Shown: positions 8,391-22,649, counted from the first letter of the stretch. The stretch: 64,000 nucleotides of DNA from Thermoanaerobaculia bacterium (GCA_963816185.1 CAWFJJ010000025.1:32001-96000), one strand, 5' to 3'. Numbers and translations are program-made. Notes: generated by a model from the sequence alone, not told the origin.

Positions 8391-9845
8391 TCAGCCGGTT
8401 ACGGGCAGCGAGATCCGGAAGATCGCTCCCGCGTGGCCATCGGCTCTGTTCTTGGCGTTCACTCTTCCGCCGTGCTCCTCGACGATGCGCTTGACCATCG
8501 CGAGGCCGAGTCCCACGCCGCCTTCCTTCTTCGAGAAGTAAGGATCGAAGAGTCGCGGGAGGTCGGCTTCCGGGATGCCCGGACCTGCATCCTCGCAGGA
8601 GAGGACGAGGCGCGGGCCGGTCTCCGCGGCCGGGTTCTCGCTCGTGAGGCTCACCGTGAGGCTTCCTCCGTTCCGCTCCATGGACTGAATGCCGTTCTGC
8701 ACGAGGTTCCAGACCGCGGACTTCAGGAGGTTCGCGTCGCCCGAAAGCGTGGGGCTCGAGGCCGGAAGGTGCTCCTCGATCGTGACGTGGGCCTGCGCGG
8801 CGGTCTCGGCGAGATCCGCGAGCGTGTGAGAGACGATGCTGCGGAAGTCCGTCGGCGCGAGAAACAGACTGAGCGGCCGGCCGTACGCGAGAAAGTTGTT
8901 GATGAGAGCGGCGAGTCGGTTGATCTCCTCGCGCAAGGCCTCGATGCGGGCGGCGTATTCCGCGGCCGCGCCCTCGTCGGCCGGGCGATGGCGGCGGCGC
9001 AGGACGTCGAGGCCGAGGGACAGCGCGTTCAGCGGGTTCTTGATCTCGTGCGCGAGGCCCGACGCGAGATGGCCGATCTCGGCGCGCTTTTCCGCTCCCG
9101 CGAGCCGCACCTCGAGCTCCTGCCTCTCGCGAAGCCGCTCGGTCATGTAATTGAAGGTGGAGGCGAGGCGGCCGATCTCGTCGTCGCGATCCACCGGCAC
9201 CGTCACGTCGAGCCGCCCCTCGGCGACCTGTGCGGCGCCGTCGGCGAGCTCGTCGAGCGGGCGCGTCGCGTTGTGCGTGACGACGAGCATCACGGCGAGG
9301 CCGAGCGCGAACACTCCGAGAAGTGCGAAGAGCCTTTTTCGGAAGTTGTCGGCGAGCTGTGACCTGATGTTTTCGAGGTTGTAGGCGATCTCGACATGTC
9401 CGCGCAGCTTGCCATCGATGACGATCGGCACGACGAGGCTGCGGTTCGTGGGCGCCGAGCCGATGACGCCGGAAATGACGACGTCCCTCGGCATCTCGGG
9501 TTTCCTGGGCCTCTTCTTCGCGGTCACCGCCGGCGGCGACTCGGGGAAGACCGGCTTGCCGCTCTCGTCCACGACCTTGATGTCGCGCAGGCCGCGCACT
9601 CCGAGCGCCGCCGTGTAGTCGGCGAGCACTTTCGGATCCTTCCAGCCTTCGGGGCCGATCTGGGTCTGGCCCACCTCGATCGCCTTCGCGATCATCTGGT
9701 ACGAGGCGTCCGCCTCCTCCACGGTCTCGTTGCGCGTCTGCAGGTAGACGAGCGTCTGCGCCATCGCGGCGAGAGCCAGGATCCCCGCCCAGGTCACGCC
9801 CAGGCGGGTGGAGAGCCGGATTCCTCGAATTCGATCGCCGATCAT
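8391..9845 (-). CDS. HAMP-domain sensor histidine kinase
   Basis: Two TM segments, HAMP, AHEIKNPL H-box, GVGLGL G2 box. Confidence 0.93.
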   Translation of the reverse strand: MIGDRIRGIRLSTRLGVTWAGILALAAMAQTLVYLQTRNETVEEADASYQMIAKAIEVGQTQIGPEGWKDPKVLADYTAALGVRGLRDIKVVDESGKPVFPESPPAVTAKKRPRKPEMPRDVVISGVIGSAPTNRSLVVPIVIDGKLRGHVEIAYNLENIRSQLADNFRKRLFALLGVFALGLAVMLVVTHNATRPLDELADGAAQVAEGRLDVTVPVDRDDEIGRLASTFNYMTERLRERQELEVRLAGAEKRAEIGHLASGLAHEIKNPLNALSLGLDVLRRRHRPADEGAAAEYAARIEALREEINRLAALINNFLAYGRPLSLFLAPTDFRSIVSHTLADLAETAAQAHVTIEEHLPASSPTLSGDANLLKSAVWNLVQNGIQSMERNGGSLTVSLTSENPAAETGPRLVLSCEDAGPGIPEADLPRLFDPYFSKKEGGVGLGLAMVKRIVEEHGGRVNAKNRADGHAGAIFRISLPVTG

Positions 9846-9852
9846 GGTCGCC

Positions 9853-10533
9853 TCACGGCGTGTTGAGGGTGCGCCACGTGAAATAAATTCCGAAAACGAA
9901 GAGCAGCGCGCCCGCCACGAGCGTCGAGCGGGAGACCCAGGCCCCCGCGCGAACCCGCCAGCGGTCCACGAGCTGGATGAGGGTGGAGAACCACGAGAAG
10001 ACGCCGAGACCCACGCCGAGGGCGAATCCGCCTGCTCCGGCTGCGGTGGGAACGAGAAGACGGTGCCCGACGAGGAAGGAGATGAAGAGCGTCCAGTTCA
10101 CGAAGAGAGCGGGGTTCGCGGCGCCCTGCAACAATCCCGTGAGAACCGGGAGTCGCAGGCGACCTTCCCTCGGGGGCGCCGAAGCCGGCGGCGGGATGAA
10201 GTCCAGACGCGAGCGCACCGGCTCGATGAGTTCGGCGTCGCGCCGAGCGTCGACGAGGAGCAGCTTCGCGCCGTAGCCCACGAGGAACAAGGCGAGCGTC
10301 CCTCTCACCCAGGGGTTCGTCACGACCTTCTCGAGAATCCAGCCGAGACCGAACCCGATGAGAGCGCAGATGAGCGTGTCCACGCTCGCGCCGCCGAGCG
10401 CCACGCGATACGCGTCACGGCGCTCACCGTGAAGGCTTTTCCTCAGACACGTGACGCCGAGAGGGCCCGGCGGAATCGCCCCGAGGAAGCCGGCGAGAAA
10501 GCCCATCATGAGGGCCAGCGGAAAAGCCGCCAC
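9853..10533 (-). CDS. LysE-family translocator
   Basis: IPPGP motif, ANPA, several TM helices. Confidence 0.8.
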   Translation of the reverse strand: MAAFPLALMMGFLAGFLGAIPPGPLGVTCLRKSLHGERRDAYRVALGGASVDTLICALIGFGLGWILEKVVTNPWVRGTLALFLVGYGAKLLLVDARRDAELIEPVRSRLDFIPPPASAPPREGRLRLPVLTGLLQGAANPALFVNWTLFISFLVGHRLLVPTAAGAGGFALGVGLGVFSWFSTLIQLVDRWRVRAGAWVSRSTLVAGALLFVFGIYFTWRTLNTP

Positions 10534-11137
10534 GTGCTCCTATCCTCTCACGAGGCGTTTGCGGCGTCCGGCGCCGGAGCGTAGAGTCGTGACGTGAGAC
10601 GCACCCTCCTCTCCGTGGCCGCGGTTCTCCTCGCGGCTGTCGTTCTCGGCGCCGAGGGGCGCCTCGAGTTCGAGCCGAAAGTGGGGCCGGTGGGCGGGCG
10701 CGTCATCGTGAAGCCGGGTGTTCCCGCGGGGGCCCAGCTCTTCTTCGGGGGAAGACCCGTGGGCGTCATCAAGGAGGCGGACGGCGTGTCGGCGTTCGTC
10801 GTGCCGCCGGGTATTTCGGGCAGCGCGTTTCTCGAGATCGTGAGCGGAGGCAAGACGGTCGTGAAGAGCGCCGTGCCGTTCATCGTTTCGGGAGCGTCGC
10901 TCGCGAACCCGCCGAAGCTCATCGGCCTCAAAGAAGCGATCGACGTCTTCGGCTACTCCGACCCGCGCCCGTCCGGCGGCGAGAAGCCGGAGCCGCGGGC
11001 CCGGCCCGTTCTGAAGCTCGACGAGAACGAGATCCTCACCATCGGCGAGCCTGCGCCGTTCCACCTGGGGCCCGCCGTCGAGAGCGGCGATCTCGCGACC
11101 GCGGGCAGGAGCGGCATGTCGGGCACGGGTCTTCTCA

Positions 11138-13614
<2,477 letters not shown>

Positions 13615-13652
13615 TTACGAGCGTGCTCTCGGTTCGCCTGGTTTCGCGCGGT

Positions 13653-13796
13653 CTATGTGACGGACCTCGCGAAGCCTCCGTCCGTCTCCCGCGAAGGAGC
13701 GCCGGACATCGAGCACATGCACATGCAAATTCGAACCGCCGCGACTCTGATGATTTCAGTCGCGTCGAGGACGGCAGGCGAAAGGCGGTTCAGCAT
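13653..13796 (-). CDS. Putative Met/Cys-rich leader peptide, 47 aa: MLNRLSPAVLDATEIIRVAAVRICMCMCSMSGAPSRETDGGFARSVT
   Basis: Hand translation ATG 13796 to TAG 13653; CMCMCSM cluster; lies between a promoter and a terminator upstream of metY. Confidence 0.7.
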   Translation of the reverse strand: MLNRLSPAVLDATEIIRVAAVRICMCMCSMSGAPSRETDGGFARSVT

Positions 13797-13805
13797 GTTC
13801 GAGGG

Positions 13806-13834
13806 ACCTTAAAGGGGACGACTCGAGGAGTCAA
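13806..13834 (-). promoter_or_regulatory. Sigma70 promoter of the met leader: TTGACT-N17-TAAGGT
   Basis: Near-consensus hexamers, 17-bp spacer, 9 nt upstream of the leader ATG. Confidence 0.75.
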
Positions 13835-13868
13835 GCGGAATGAGGGCGTAAGAGCGGCTCGGCGCGCG

Positions 13869-14177
13869 TCAGCGGCCGCGGCCGTAGCCGCCGCCACCGC
13901 CGTAACCGCCACGGCCGCCGCCGCCACCCGTGCGGGGCTCCTGGGGACGCGCCTCGTTGACGCGGAGGGCGCGGCCTTCGAGCTCCTGGCCATTCAGGGC
14001 GCCCATGGCCTTCTGGCCGTCGGCGTCGGACATCTCGACGAAGCCGAAGCCCTTGGACTGGCCGGTATCGCGGTCCGAAATGACGCGGGCCGATTCGACG
14101 GCTCCGTACGCCTCGAAGATGGAGCGGAGCGTGTTGTCGTTGACGGAGTAGGAGAGGTTTCCGACGTAGAGCTTCAT
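13869..14177 (-). CDS. RRM RNA-binding protein with Gly-rich tail
   Basis: KLYVGNL (RNP2), KGFGFVEM (RNP1). Confidence 0.95.
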   Translation of the reverse strand: MKLYVGNLSYSVNDNTLRSIFEAYGAVESARVISDRDTGQSKGFGFVEMSDADGQKAMGALNGQELEGRALRVNEARPQEPRTGGGGGRGGYGGGGGYGRGR

Positions 14178-14396
14178 GAAATGAGGATCCTTCGCAGCGA
14201 CTTGCGATCTGGTAGGGCTGACCGCGTCGATCAAGCGGAAAGCGGGTTCGGGAGATGGTGGGAACGAAACATGAGACGACGGGGACCTAGAGGTTCACGG
14301 CCCGCTCCGCCGATTTCTTCACGTCGAGAAAGGGAGAGAGGGAGTAGCGAACGCCGATATGACACCACGCTCGCGAGGCGCAAGTCAAATCCGCCG

Positions 14397-14424
14397 GGAA
14401 CTTACGGCCCGCGGCCGGGTCCAA
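14397..14424 (+). promoter_or_regulatory. ECF (sigmaE-like) autoregulatory promoter GGAACTT-N15-GTCCAA
   Basis: Matches the ECF consensus directly upstream of the ECF sigma gene. Confidence 0.65.
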
Positions 14425-14442
14425 CCGACCGGAGAGACCGCG

Positions 14443-15105
14443 ATGGCCGCCCGCATTCTCGCCTTCGACGTGCCTCGGGGACAGGATCCGCGTGGGAGAA
14501 TGGCGCCCGTGACGGCCTCCGCGTATCCGTACACGGGGGAACGCGACTGGCCCGGCGACGAGCGGGCCCTCAGCCGCTTTCTCTCCGGCGACATCCTCGG
14601 GTTCGAGCAGATCGTCCGCCACTACTCGACGATGGTCTTCTCGCTCGCCGCGCGCCTCGTGGGCCCTACGGAAGCCGAGGACGTCGTCCAGGAGACGTTC
14701 CTGCGCGCCTATCACGGCCTCGGAAACTTCCGCGGCGAGTCCAGCCTGAAGACGTGGCTTTACGCGATCGCGTTGAACCGCGCGCGCGCTCGACACGGCA
14801 CGCTCGGCCGGCTGCGGGCGCTCTTCACCCCCGGCCGTTCGCGGGAGGACGATCCCTTCGCGAGCCTCGACGACGCGGCCGACCCTTCCGCGACTCCCGA
14901 GGAAAACGCGGTTCTCAAGGAGCGGCGGACGCGTCTGCGCGCCGCGATCCGCGCGCTTCCCGAGGAATTTCGCACGGCCGTCCTCCTGCGCGACCTCGAG
15001 GGTCTCTCCTACGACGAGGTCGCCGAAGTGCTTTCCATTCCGATCGGAACCGTGCGAAGCCGGCTCGCGCGAGGGCGCGCGCTCCTCAGGGAGAAGCTGT
15101 CATGA
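14443..15105 (+). CDS. ECF-family RNA polymerase sigma factor
   Basis: AEDVVQETF, TWLYAIA, GLSYDEVA..GTVRSRLARGR. Confidence 0.93.
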   Translation: MAARILAFDVPRGQDPRGRMAPVTASAYPYTGERDWPGDERALSRFLSGDILGFEQIVRHYSTMVFSLAARLVGPTEAEDVVQETFLRAYHGLGNFRGESSLKTWLYAIALNRARARHGTLGRLRALFTPGRSREDDPFASLDDAADPSATPEENAVLKERRTRLRAAIRALPEEFRTAVLLRDLEGLSYDEVAEVLSIPIGTVRSRLARGRALLREKLS

Positions 15106-16331
15106 GCGCCCGCCCGTTCGTCCCCCGCCTCGCCGACGAGGATCTCGACCTCCTGCTTTCGCGGTCTCTGGACGGCGATCTCCCGCCGGAGGAGGAGCGC
15201 GAGCTCGAGACCCTCCTCGCGCACGACCCGGCGGCCGCGCGGCGCAAGGAGGAGCTCGCACGGGTCGTGGCCGAGGCCCGCGATCTGCCCGAACCCGCGC
15301 CGCCTTTCGCTTTGGCCACGCGCGTGAACTCGAACGTTTCCGAAAAAGGCGGGCGCGGCGGGGCTGTCTTTCATCGCTTCGGTTTCTATCCGCCGCCCGG
15401 CATGGCCGTCGGCGCGATGGCCCTTCTCGGAATCGTGGCCGTCGCGATCGCGGTGCTCAGGCCAATGCCGCTGCATCGCGTGGAAGGGCCGGTGGATGTG
15501 TTCCTCACGGAAGGCGGACAGGAACACAGCGCCGCGAAGGCGCTTCAGCCGGAGGCTCCGAAGGTCGCGTCGAAGGAAACGACGCGGAACGGGATCGCGG
15601 CTGCGCCGGCGGTTCCCGCTCCGGAGAAGCGGTCTTCGGAGATGCTCGTCGCGAGTGCGCAAGAATCGAAGCTGAAAAGCAACCTGGAAGGGAAGCTCGA
15701 CGACAAGCCGGTAGATGCGGAGAAGGCCGACTCGCGCAAGAAGCTCGCCGAGCAGACGCCCTCCTCCGTCGCCTCGAACGAGGCGGCGTCCGGTGAGAGG
15801 GAAGAAAAGCAGGACGCGCGAGCGGGGCAGCGGCTGAAGCTTTCGAAGACGGAAACGGACGCCGGGTCGGCTCAGCCGCGACGGCAGGCCGCGCCCGCGC
15901 CGGTGCTCGATTCCCCCGCCGGACAGGCAGCGGGCGCCGCGGCGCCTGCCGCGAAAGCCTCTGGAGCGCTTGCGAAGGCCGAGCCCGCGCGCACCTGGTC
16001 CGTCGTCGTGCGCGGCGAAGGCGCACGACGGTGGATGCTGCGCCGTGCCCCCGAAAGCCGGCCCTCGGTCGCTTCGACCCGGGCATCCGCGTTCCGCATC
16101 ACGCTCGACGCCGAGGGGCGGGTGACTTCGGTGCGATCGCTCGACCCGAGTCCTGTACAGCCCGCGCTCTTCGAGTTCGTGCGCGGTCTCGTCTTCGCTC
16201 CGGTCGTGGCCGTCGCCGACGGCACCCCGCAGGGCCGCAACGAGAAGGCGAAGGACGAGCGCGCGGACGCGCTCCAGGATCGGCCGGCCGAATATCCGTC
16301 CGAGATCGACGTCGAGGTTTCGACGCGCTGA
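15102..16331 (+). CDS. Membrane-anchored anti-sigma factor with long low-complexity periplasmic region
   Basis: ATGA overlap with sigma gene; LLSRSLDGDL anti-sigma N-terminus, one TM, possible TonB-C-like end. Confidence 0.75.
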   Translation: MSARPFVPRLADEDLDLLLSRSLDGDLPPEEERELETLLAHDPAAARRKEELARVVAEARDLPEPAPPFALATRVNSNVSEKGGRGGAVFHRFGFYPPPGMAVGAMALLGIVAVAIAVLRPMPLHRVEGPVDVFLTEGGQEHSAAKALQPEAPKVASKETTRNGIAAAPAVPAPEKRSSEMLVASAQESKLKSNLEGKLDDKPVDAEKADSRKKLAEQTPSSVASNEAASGEREEKQDARAGQRLKLSKTETDAGSAQPRRQAAPAPVLDSPAGQAAGAAAPAAKASGALAKAEPARTWSVVVRGEGARRWMLRRAPESRPSVASTRASAFRITLDAEGRVTSVRSLDPSPVQPALFEFVRGLVFAPVVAVADGTPQGRNEKAKDERADALQDRPAEYPSEIDVEVSTR

Positions 16332-16357
16332 GCGCCGAGGGTCCGTTTCCGTCGCGT

Positions 16358-16386
16358 TTGACGCCGGTCCCGCCCCTCTCTACACT
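16358..16386 (+). promoter_or_regulatory. Sigma70 promoter of tRNA-Thr: TTGACG-N17-TACACT
   Basis: Near-consensus hexamers, 17-bp spacer. Confidence 0.75.
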
Positions 16387-16404
16387 CCCTTTCCCTTCGG
16401 AAGA

Positions 16405-16480
<76 letters not shown>

Positions 16481-16828
16481 ATCTTCTGTTGACATAAACC
16501 GCACGTTCGCCTGTATTTATGGGCCTCGCCGGGTAGATCTCTGCCGGAGGTGCGGTGGTAGCCCAGAACCGGCACGCGCGTGAGACGTCCAGAACTTCTT
16601 TGGCAAGCACGGGCCCTGATGCAGGGGCTTCATGGAAGAGATGGGCGCCCCCGAGCAGTCTCAATAGTCAACCGGAGACCCAGATGAGGTCGCGGCCGGG
16701 GAGCTGAATCGCCGGCGAACTGGATGAAGGCCCTCCTCGACTCGATCCGGCACGACTGGCCCCGGCTGCACATCGAGGGCCGGCCGGAGCGCGACACCGA
16801 CCTCGAATCGTGCCTGATGGAGAAATCG

Positions 16829-18034
16829 ATGAAACGCAACGGACGCGCCCTTTTCGTGCTTTCGTTCTGCCTCGCCGCGGCCGCGATCCACGACGGCCGC
16901 CTGCAGGAAGGGCCCGTCCGGACCGCCTCCGGGAGGTCCCGTCGAGGTCGCCGTCGTGACGGTGGCAGCCCGAGAGGATCGTCCTGACGACCGAGCTGCC
17001 GGGCAGGACGTCCCCCTACCTGGTCGCCGAGGTCCGGCCGCAGGTGAACGGCCTCATCCGCGAGCGGGCGTTCGAGGAAGGCTCCGACGTGAAGGCCGGC
17101 GACCTCCTCTACCAGATCGACCCGGCCCAGTACCAGGCCGCCTACGACCAGGCGAAGGCGGCGCTCGCGATGGCCGAGGCGAACGTTCCGGCCGCGCGCG
17201 CTCGCGCGCCGAGCGCCTGAAGGGGCTCGTCGAGATCCACGCGGCGGGCCAGCAGGACTACGACGACGCGCTCGCGGCGCTGCGCAGCAGGCCGAGGCGA
17301 GCGTCGCGGCCGCCAGGGCGGCGGTCGAGAGCGCCCGGATCAACCTCGCCTACACGCCGATCCGCGCGCCGATCCCGGGCCGCATCGGCAAGTCGAGCGT
17401 CACCGTCGGGGCGCTCGTGACCGCGTACCAGCCGGTTCCGCTCGCCGTCGTCCAGCAGCTCGACCCGATCTACGTCGACGTGACGCAGTCCTCCGCGGAC
17501 ATCCTCCGCCTCCGCCAGAGCCTCGAGAGCGGCGACCTCAAGCGGAGCGGCGAGTCGTGGAGCCGGGTGAAGCTGCTCCTCGAGGACGGCACGCCCTACC
17601 CGCGCGAGGGGAAGCTCAAGTTCCGCGACGTCACGGTCGACCCGACGACCGGCTCCGTCAGCCTCCGGATGGTCTTCCCGAACCCGGACCACGTCCTCCT
17701 GCCCGGCATGTTCGTCCGCGCGATCGTCGAGGAAGGCGTGAGCGAGGACGCGATCCTCGCTCCGCAGCAGGGCGTCACGCGCGACCAGAAGGGGAACCCC
17801 GTACGCCCTGGTCGTCGGCAAGGACGGCAAGGCCGAGCAGCGGATGCTCACGCTCGACCGGGCGATCGGCGACCGATGGCTCGTCACGAAGGGGCTCGCC
17901 GCGGGCGACCAGGTGATCGTCGACGGGCTGCAGAGGATCCGCCCCGGCGCCGACGTGAAGGCGGTGCCGTTCGACGTCCCCGGCCGGCGCCGCGAAGCCG
18001 ACGGCCGGCGGCCAGCGCGGCGGCCGCGAAGTAA
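16829..18034 (+). pseudogene. RND efflux periplasmic adaptor (AcrA/MexA-like), multiply frameshifted as given
   Basis: AEVRPQVNG, QQLDPIYVDVTQS, LLPGMFVRA fall in different frames. Confidence 0.85.
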
Positions 18035-18044
18035 GGGGGACGCC

Positions 18045-21000
18045 ATGTCCCGGTTCTTCCTCGAGCGCCCCGTCTTCGCCTGGGTCATCGCGATCGCGAT
18101 GATGCTGGCGGGCGGCCTGGCGATCTGAAGCTCCCGATCTCCCAGTACCCGCCGATCGCCCCGCCGTCGATCTCGATCAGCGCCATCTATCCCGGCGCCT
18201 CCGCCAAGACCGTCGAGGACTCGGTCGTCCAGATCATCGAGCAGAAGATGACCGGCCTCGACCGGATGCTCTACATGGACTCCACGTCCGACTCCTCGGG
18301 GAGCGCGGCGGTCACGCTCACCTTCGCGCCCGGGACCGACCCCGACATCGCCTGGGCGAAGGTCCAGAACAAGCTCCAGCTCGCGATGCCCGCCCTCCCC
18401 GACGTCGTCCAGCAGACCGGCGTCACGGTGAGCAAGTCGACCCGGAACTACCTCCTCATCGCCGGCGTCATCTCCGAGGACGGCAGCATGGACAACGCCG
18501 ACCTCAGCGACTACATCGTCTCGAAGATCGAGTCGGTCATCGGCCGGGTCCCCGGGGTCGGCGAGGTCCAGGTCTTCGGCACCGCCTACTCGATGCGGGT
18601 CTGGCTCGATCCGGACAAGCTCACGAAGTACGGGATGACGTCGGACGACGTCGTCGCCGGCGCTCCGCGCCTACAACGTCGAGGTCTCGGCCGGCCAGCT
18701 CGGCGGCGCTCCGGCCGTGCCGGGCCAGCGGCTCAACGCCTCGATCCTCGTGCAGTCGCTCCTGAAGACGCCGGAGGAGTTCGCGGCGGTCCCGCTCCGG
18801 ACGAACGCGGACGGCTCGGTCGTGAAGGTGAAGGACGTCGGCCGGACCGAGCTCGGGACCGAGATCCCCGACCTCAAGTTCCAGTTCAACGGGAAGCCGG
18901 CCGGGGTCTTCGCCGTCCGGCAGGAGGCGGGGGCGAACGCGCTCGAGACCGCCGACCGGGTCAAGGCGAAGATGGTGGAGCTCTCGAGGTACTTCCCGCC
19001 CGGCATGAAGGTCATCTTCGTCTACGACACGACGCCCTTCGTGAAGGTCGCGATCGACGAGGTCTTCAAGACGCTCCTCGAGGCGATCGTCCTCGTCTTC
19101 CTCGTCATGTACCTCTTCCTCGGGAACTTCCGGGCGACGCTGATCCCGACGATCGCCGTCCCGGTCGTCCTCCTCGGCACCTTCGGCGTCCTCGGCCTCC
19201 TCGGCTACTCGATCAACATGCTGACGATGTTCGCGCATGGTCCTCGCGATCGGCCTCCTCGTCGACGACGCGATCGTCGTGGTCGAGAACGTCGAGCGGA
19301 TCATGAGCGAGGAGGGGCTCGCTCCGCTGCGAGGCGACCGCAGAAGTCGATGGACCAGATCACGAGCGCCCTCGTCGGCATCGGCCTCGTCCTCTCGGCG
19401 GTCTTCGGGCCGATGATCTTCTTCCCCGGCTCCACCGGCGTCATCTACCGGCAGTTCTCCGTGACGGTCATCGCCTCGATGCTCCTCTCGGTCCTCGTGG
19501 CCCTCATCCTGACGCCCGTCCTCTGCGCCGTCGCTCCTGAGGCCGGTCGCGAAGGGGCACGAGGCGGCCGAGACCGGCTTCCGCCTGCTCCGGCCGTTCT
19601 TCCTCTGGTTCGACCGCGTCTTCTACCGGCTCCGCGACGGCTACATGGCGGCGGTCGCGCGCGTCCTCGGCCGGCAGGCGCGCTACGCCGCCGTCTTCCT
19701 CGTCATCGTCGCGGTGATGGCGGTCCTCTACCGGCGGATGCCGACCGGCTACCTCCCCGAGGAGGACCAGGGGACCCTGATGGCGATGGTCCAGCTCCCG
19801 GTCGGCTCGACGCTCGAGCAGACCGAGGCCGTCATGGACGAGGTGCGAGCGCCACTTCCTCGTCGACCAGAAGGACGCCGTGAAGTCGTGCGGGGCGATC
19901 GCCGGGTTGGGCTTCGGCGGACGCGGCCAGAACATGGGGATGGTCTTCGTCCAGCTGAAGGACTGGAAGCTGCGCGACCGCCCCGGCCTCCGCGCGAAGG
20001 ACGTGGCCGGCAAGGCGATGCGGGCGCTCTCGGCGCATGCGCGGCGCCGTCATCTTCGCCTTCCCGCCTCCCGCCGTCGTCGAGCTCGGCACCGCGACCG
20101 GATTCGACCTCATGGTGCAGGACCGGGGCGCCCTCGGGCACGAGGGGCTCTCGAAGGCGATCGACCAGCTGCTCGGCCTCGCCGCGAAGGACCCGCGCCT
20201 CGCCCGCGTGCGGCTGAACGGGATGACGGACGTCCCCCAGTACAAGGTCGACATCGACTGGGAGAAGGCGGGCACGCTCGGCGTCCCCGTCAGCTCGGTG
20301 CAGAGCTACGTCTCGACCGCGTTCGGCAGCGCCTACGTCGGCAACTTCGTCCAGGGGGGGCGGGTCAAGCGCGTCTACGCGCAGGCCGACGCCCCGTTCC
20401 GGATGCTCCCGGAGGACCTCCACCGGCTCCAGGTCCGCAACAGGCAGGGCGGGCTCGTCCCTCTCTCGGCCGTCGCCTCGGGCCGGTGGGTCTACGGCTC
20501 GCCGCGCCTCGAGCGCTTCAACGCGCTTCCCCGCGATGAACATCCAGGGCGAGCCGGCGCCGGGCACGAGCTCCGGCGAGGCGATGAACGCGATGGAGGA
20601 GCTGATCAAGAAGCTTCCCGCCGGACGTCGGCTTCGAGTGGACCGGCCTCTCCTACCAGCAGCGGATGTCGGAGTCGCAGGCCGGGCTCCTCTACGCCTT
20701 CTCGGTCCTCGTGATCTTCCTCGTCCTCGCGGCGCTCTACGAGAGCTGGACGGTCCCGATCTCGATCGTCCTCGCCCTGCCGCTCGGCGTCATCGGGGGC
20801 GTCGATCGCCTCGTCGCTGCGGGGGATGTCGAACGACGTCTACTTCCAGATCGGGCTCCTCACCGTCCTCGGCCTGACGACGAAGAACGCGATCCTGATC
20901 GTCCAGTTCGCGACGGCGAACCGCGAGAAGGGGATGGGCCTCGTCGAGGCGACGCTCGAGGCGGCGAAGACGAGGCTCCGGCCGATCGTCATGACGTCGC

Positions 21001-21225
21001 TGGCGTTCGGCTTCGGCGTCCTGCCGCTCGCGCTCGCCTCGGGCGCCGGCGCCGGGGCGCAGATGGCGATCGGCACGAGCGTCCTCGGCGGCATGCTGAG
21101 CGGCACCTTCCTCGCCGTCCTCCTGATCCCGCTCCTCTACGTCCTCGTCGTCAGGCTCTTCGAGAGGAAGAAGGCCGCGGGCCGCGCCCGCCCCCGAGAC
21201 GCCGCTCCCGGCGGAGGGAAAGTGA
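18045..21225 (+). pseudogene. RND efflux permease (AcrB/MexB-like), multiply frameshifted as given
   Basis: [49 protein letters not shown] split across frames. Confidence 0.9.
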
Positions 21226-22649
21226 TGAACCGCAGGCTGATCCCGCTCGTCCTGCGCCTGCTCCCGCGGCGCTCCTCCTCGGCGGCTGCACGATGATCCC
21301 GAAGTACGAGCGCCCCGCGCCGCCCGTGCCCGGCGTCCTTCGACGGCGGAGCCCGCGGCCGCCGGCGCGCGGCGCAGGCGCCCGCTGCCGCGGCCGATCT
21401 CCGCTGGCAGGACTTCTTCACCGACCCCGCCTGCGGTCGCTCATCGACCTCGCGCTCGCGAACAACCGCGACCTGAGGGTCGCGACGCTCAACATCGAGA
21501 AGGATGCGGGCCCTCTACCGGATCCAGCGCGCGGAGCTGACCCGACGATCGGGGTCCAGGCCAGCGGCGACAGGTACCGCATCCCGGAGAGGATCGGCGA
21601 CAACGGCAAGGCGAGCACCGTCTCGCAGTACTCGGTCGAGGTCGGCCTCGCGTCGTGGGAGCTGGACTTCTTCGGGCGGATCCGGAGCCTGAACGCCCGC
21701 GTCTCTCGAGCAGTACCTCGCGACGGAGGAGGCCCGCCGGGCCGCGCAGACCGCGCTCGTGGCCGCCGTGGCCGGGAGCTACCTGAGCCTCGCGGCCGAC
21801 GGCGAGAACCTCCGGCCTCGCGCAGGTAGACGCTCGAGGCGCAGCAGTCGTCGCTACGAGCTGATCCGCGAAGACCCGGGACGCGGGCCTCGCGTCCGAC
21901 CTCGACCTCCGCCAGGCCCAGAGCCAGGTGGAGGCGGCGCGGGTGAGCGTCGCGGCCTTCACGGGCGCCGTCGCCGTCGACCGGCACGCGCTCCAGCTCC
22001 TCGTCGGCTCGCCCGTCGGGCCCGATCTCCTCCCCGAGCGTTCGGCGCCGTGACGGACCCGAAGAGGCGTCGCCGCCGGGCTGCCGTCCGACGTCCTCCT
22101 CCGCCGGCCCGACATCCTCGCGGCCGAGCACCAGCTCCGCGCCGCGAACGCGAACATCGGGGCGGCCCGCGCGGCCTTCTTCCCGCGGATCTCGCTCACC
22201 GCGCGGCTCGGCACGCTGGGCCCCGAGCTCTCCGAGCCTCTTCGGCGTCGGGGACGAGGACGTGGAGCTTCGTGCCGCAGATCGTCGCCCCCCTCTTCGC
22301 GAGCGGGTCGCTCATCGCGAACCTGAAGGTCTCGAAGGTCGACCGCGAGATCGCCGTCGCCGCAGTACGAGAAGGCGATCCAGGCCGCCTTCGCCGAGGT
22401 CAGCGACGCGCTGACCCTGCGGACGACGCTCGTCGCCCAGCGCGAGGCGCAGGAGGCCTCGTGCGTCGCGCTCGACGAGACGCTGGCGCCTCTCCGACGC
22501 CCGCTACAAGGCGGGCATCGACGGCTACCTCGGCGTCCTCGTGGCCCAGCAGGCCCTCTTCGCCGCCCAGAAGGGGCGAGGTGGGCGTCCGCCTCGCGGA
22601 GCAGGCGAACCTCGTCACCCTCTACAAGGTCCTCGGCGGGGGGGTCTGA
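21225..22649 (+). pseudogene. Efflux outer-membrane lipoprotein (OprM/NodT-like), frameshifted as given
   Basis: LLGGC lipobox, NNRDLR, WELDFFGRIRS, NLVTLYKVLGGG. Confidence 0.88.

Noticed and set aside
13623-15101. N-terminal 490 aa of the 902-aa ORF
   Set aside because: Overlaps the RRM gene and the sigma gene; the real anti-sigma starts at 15102
18120-18130. Programmed frameshift or stop read-through in the acrB-like gene
   Set aside because: One of many scattered indels, with no slippery site; error or decay is simpler
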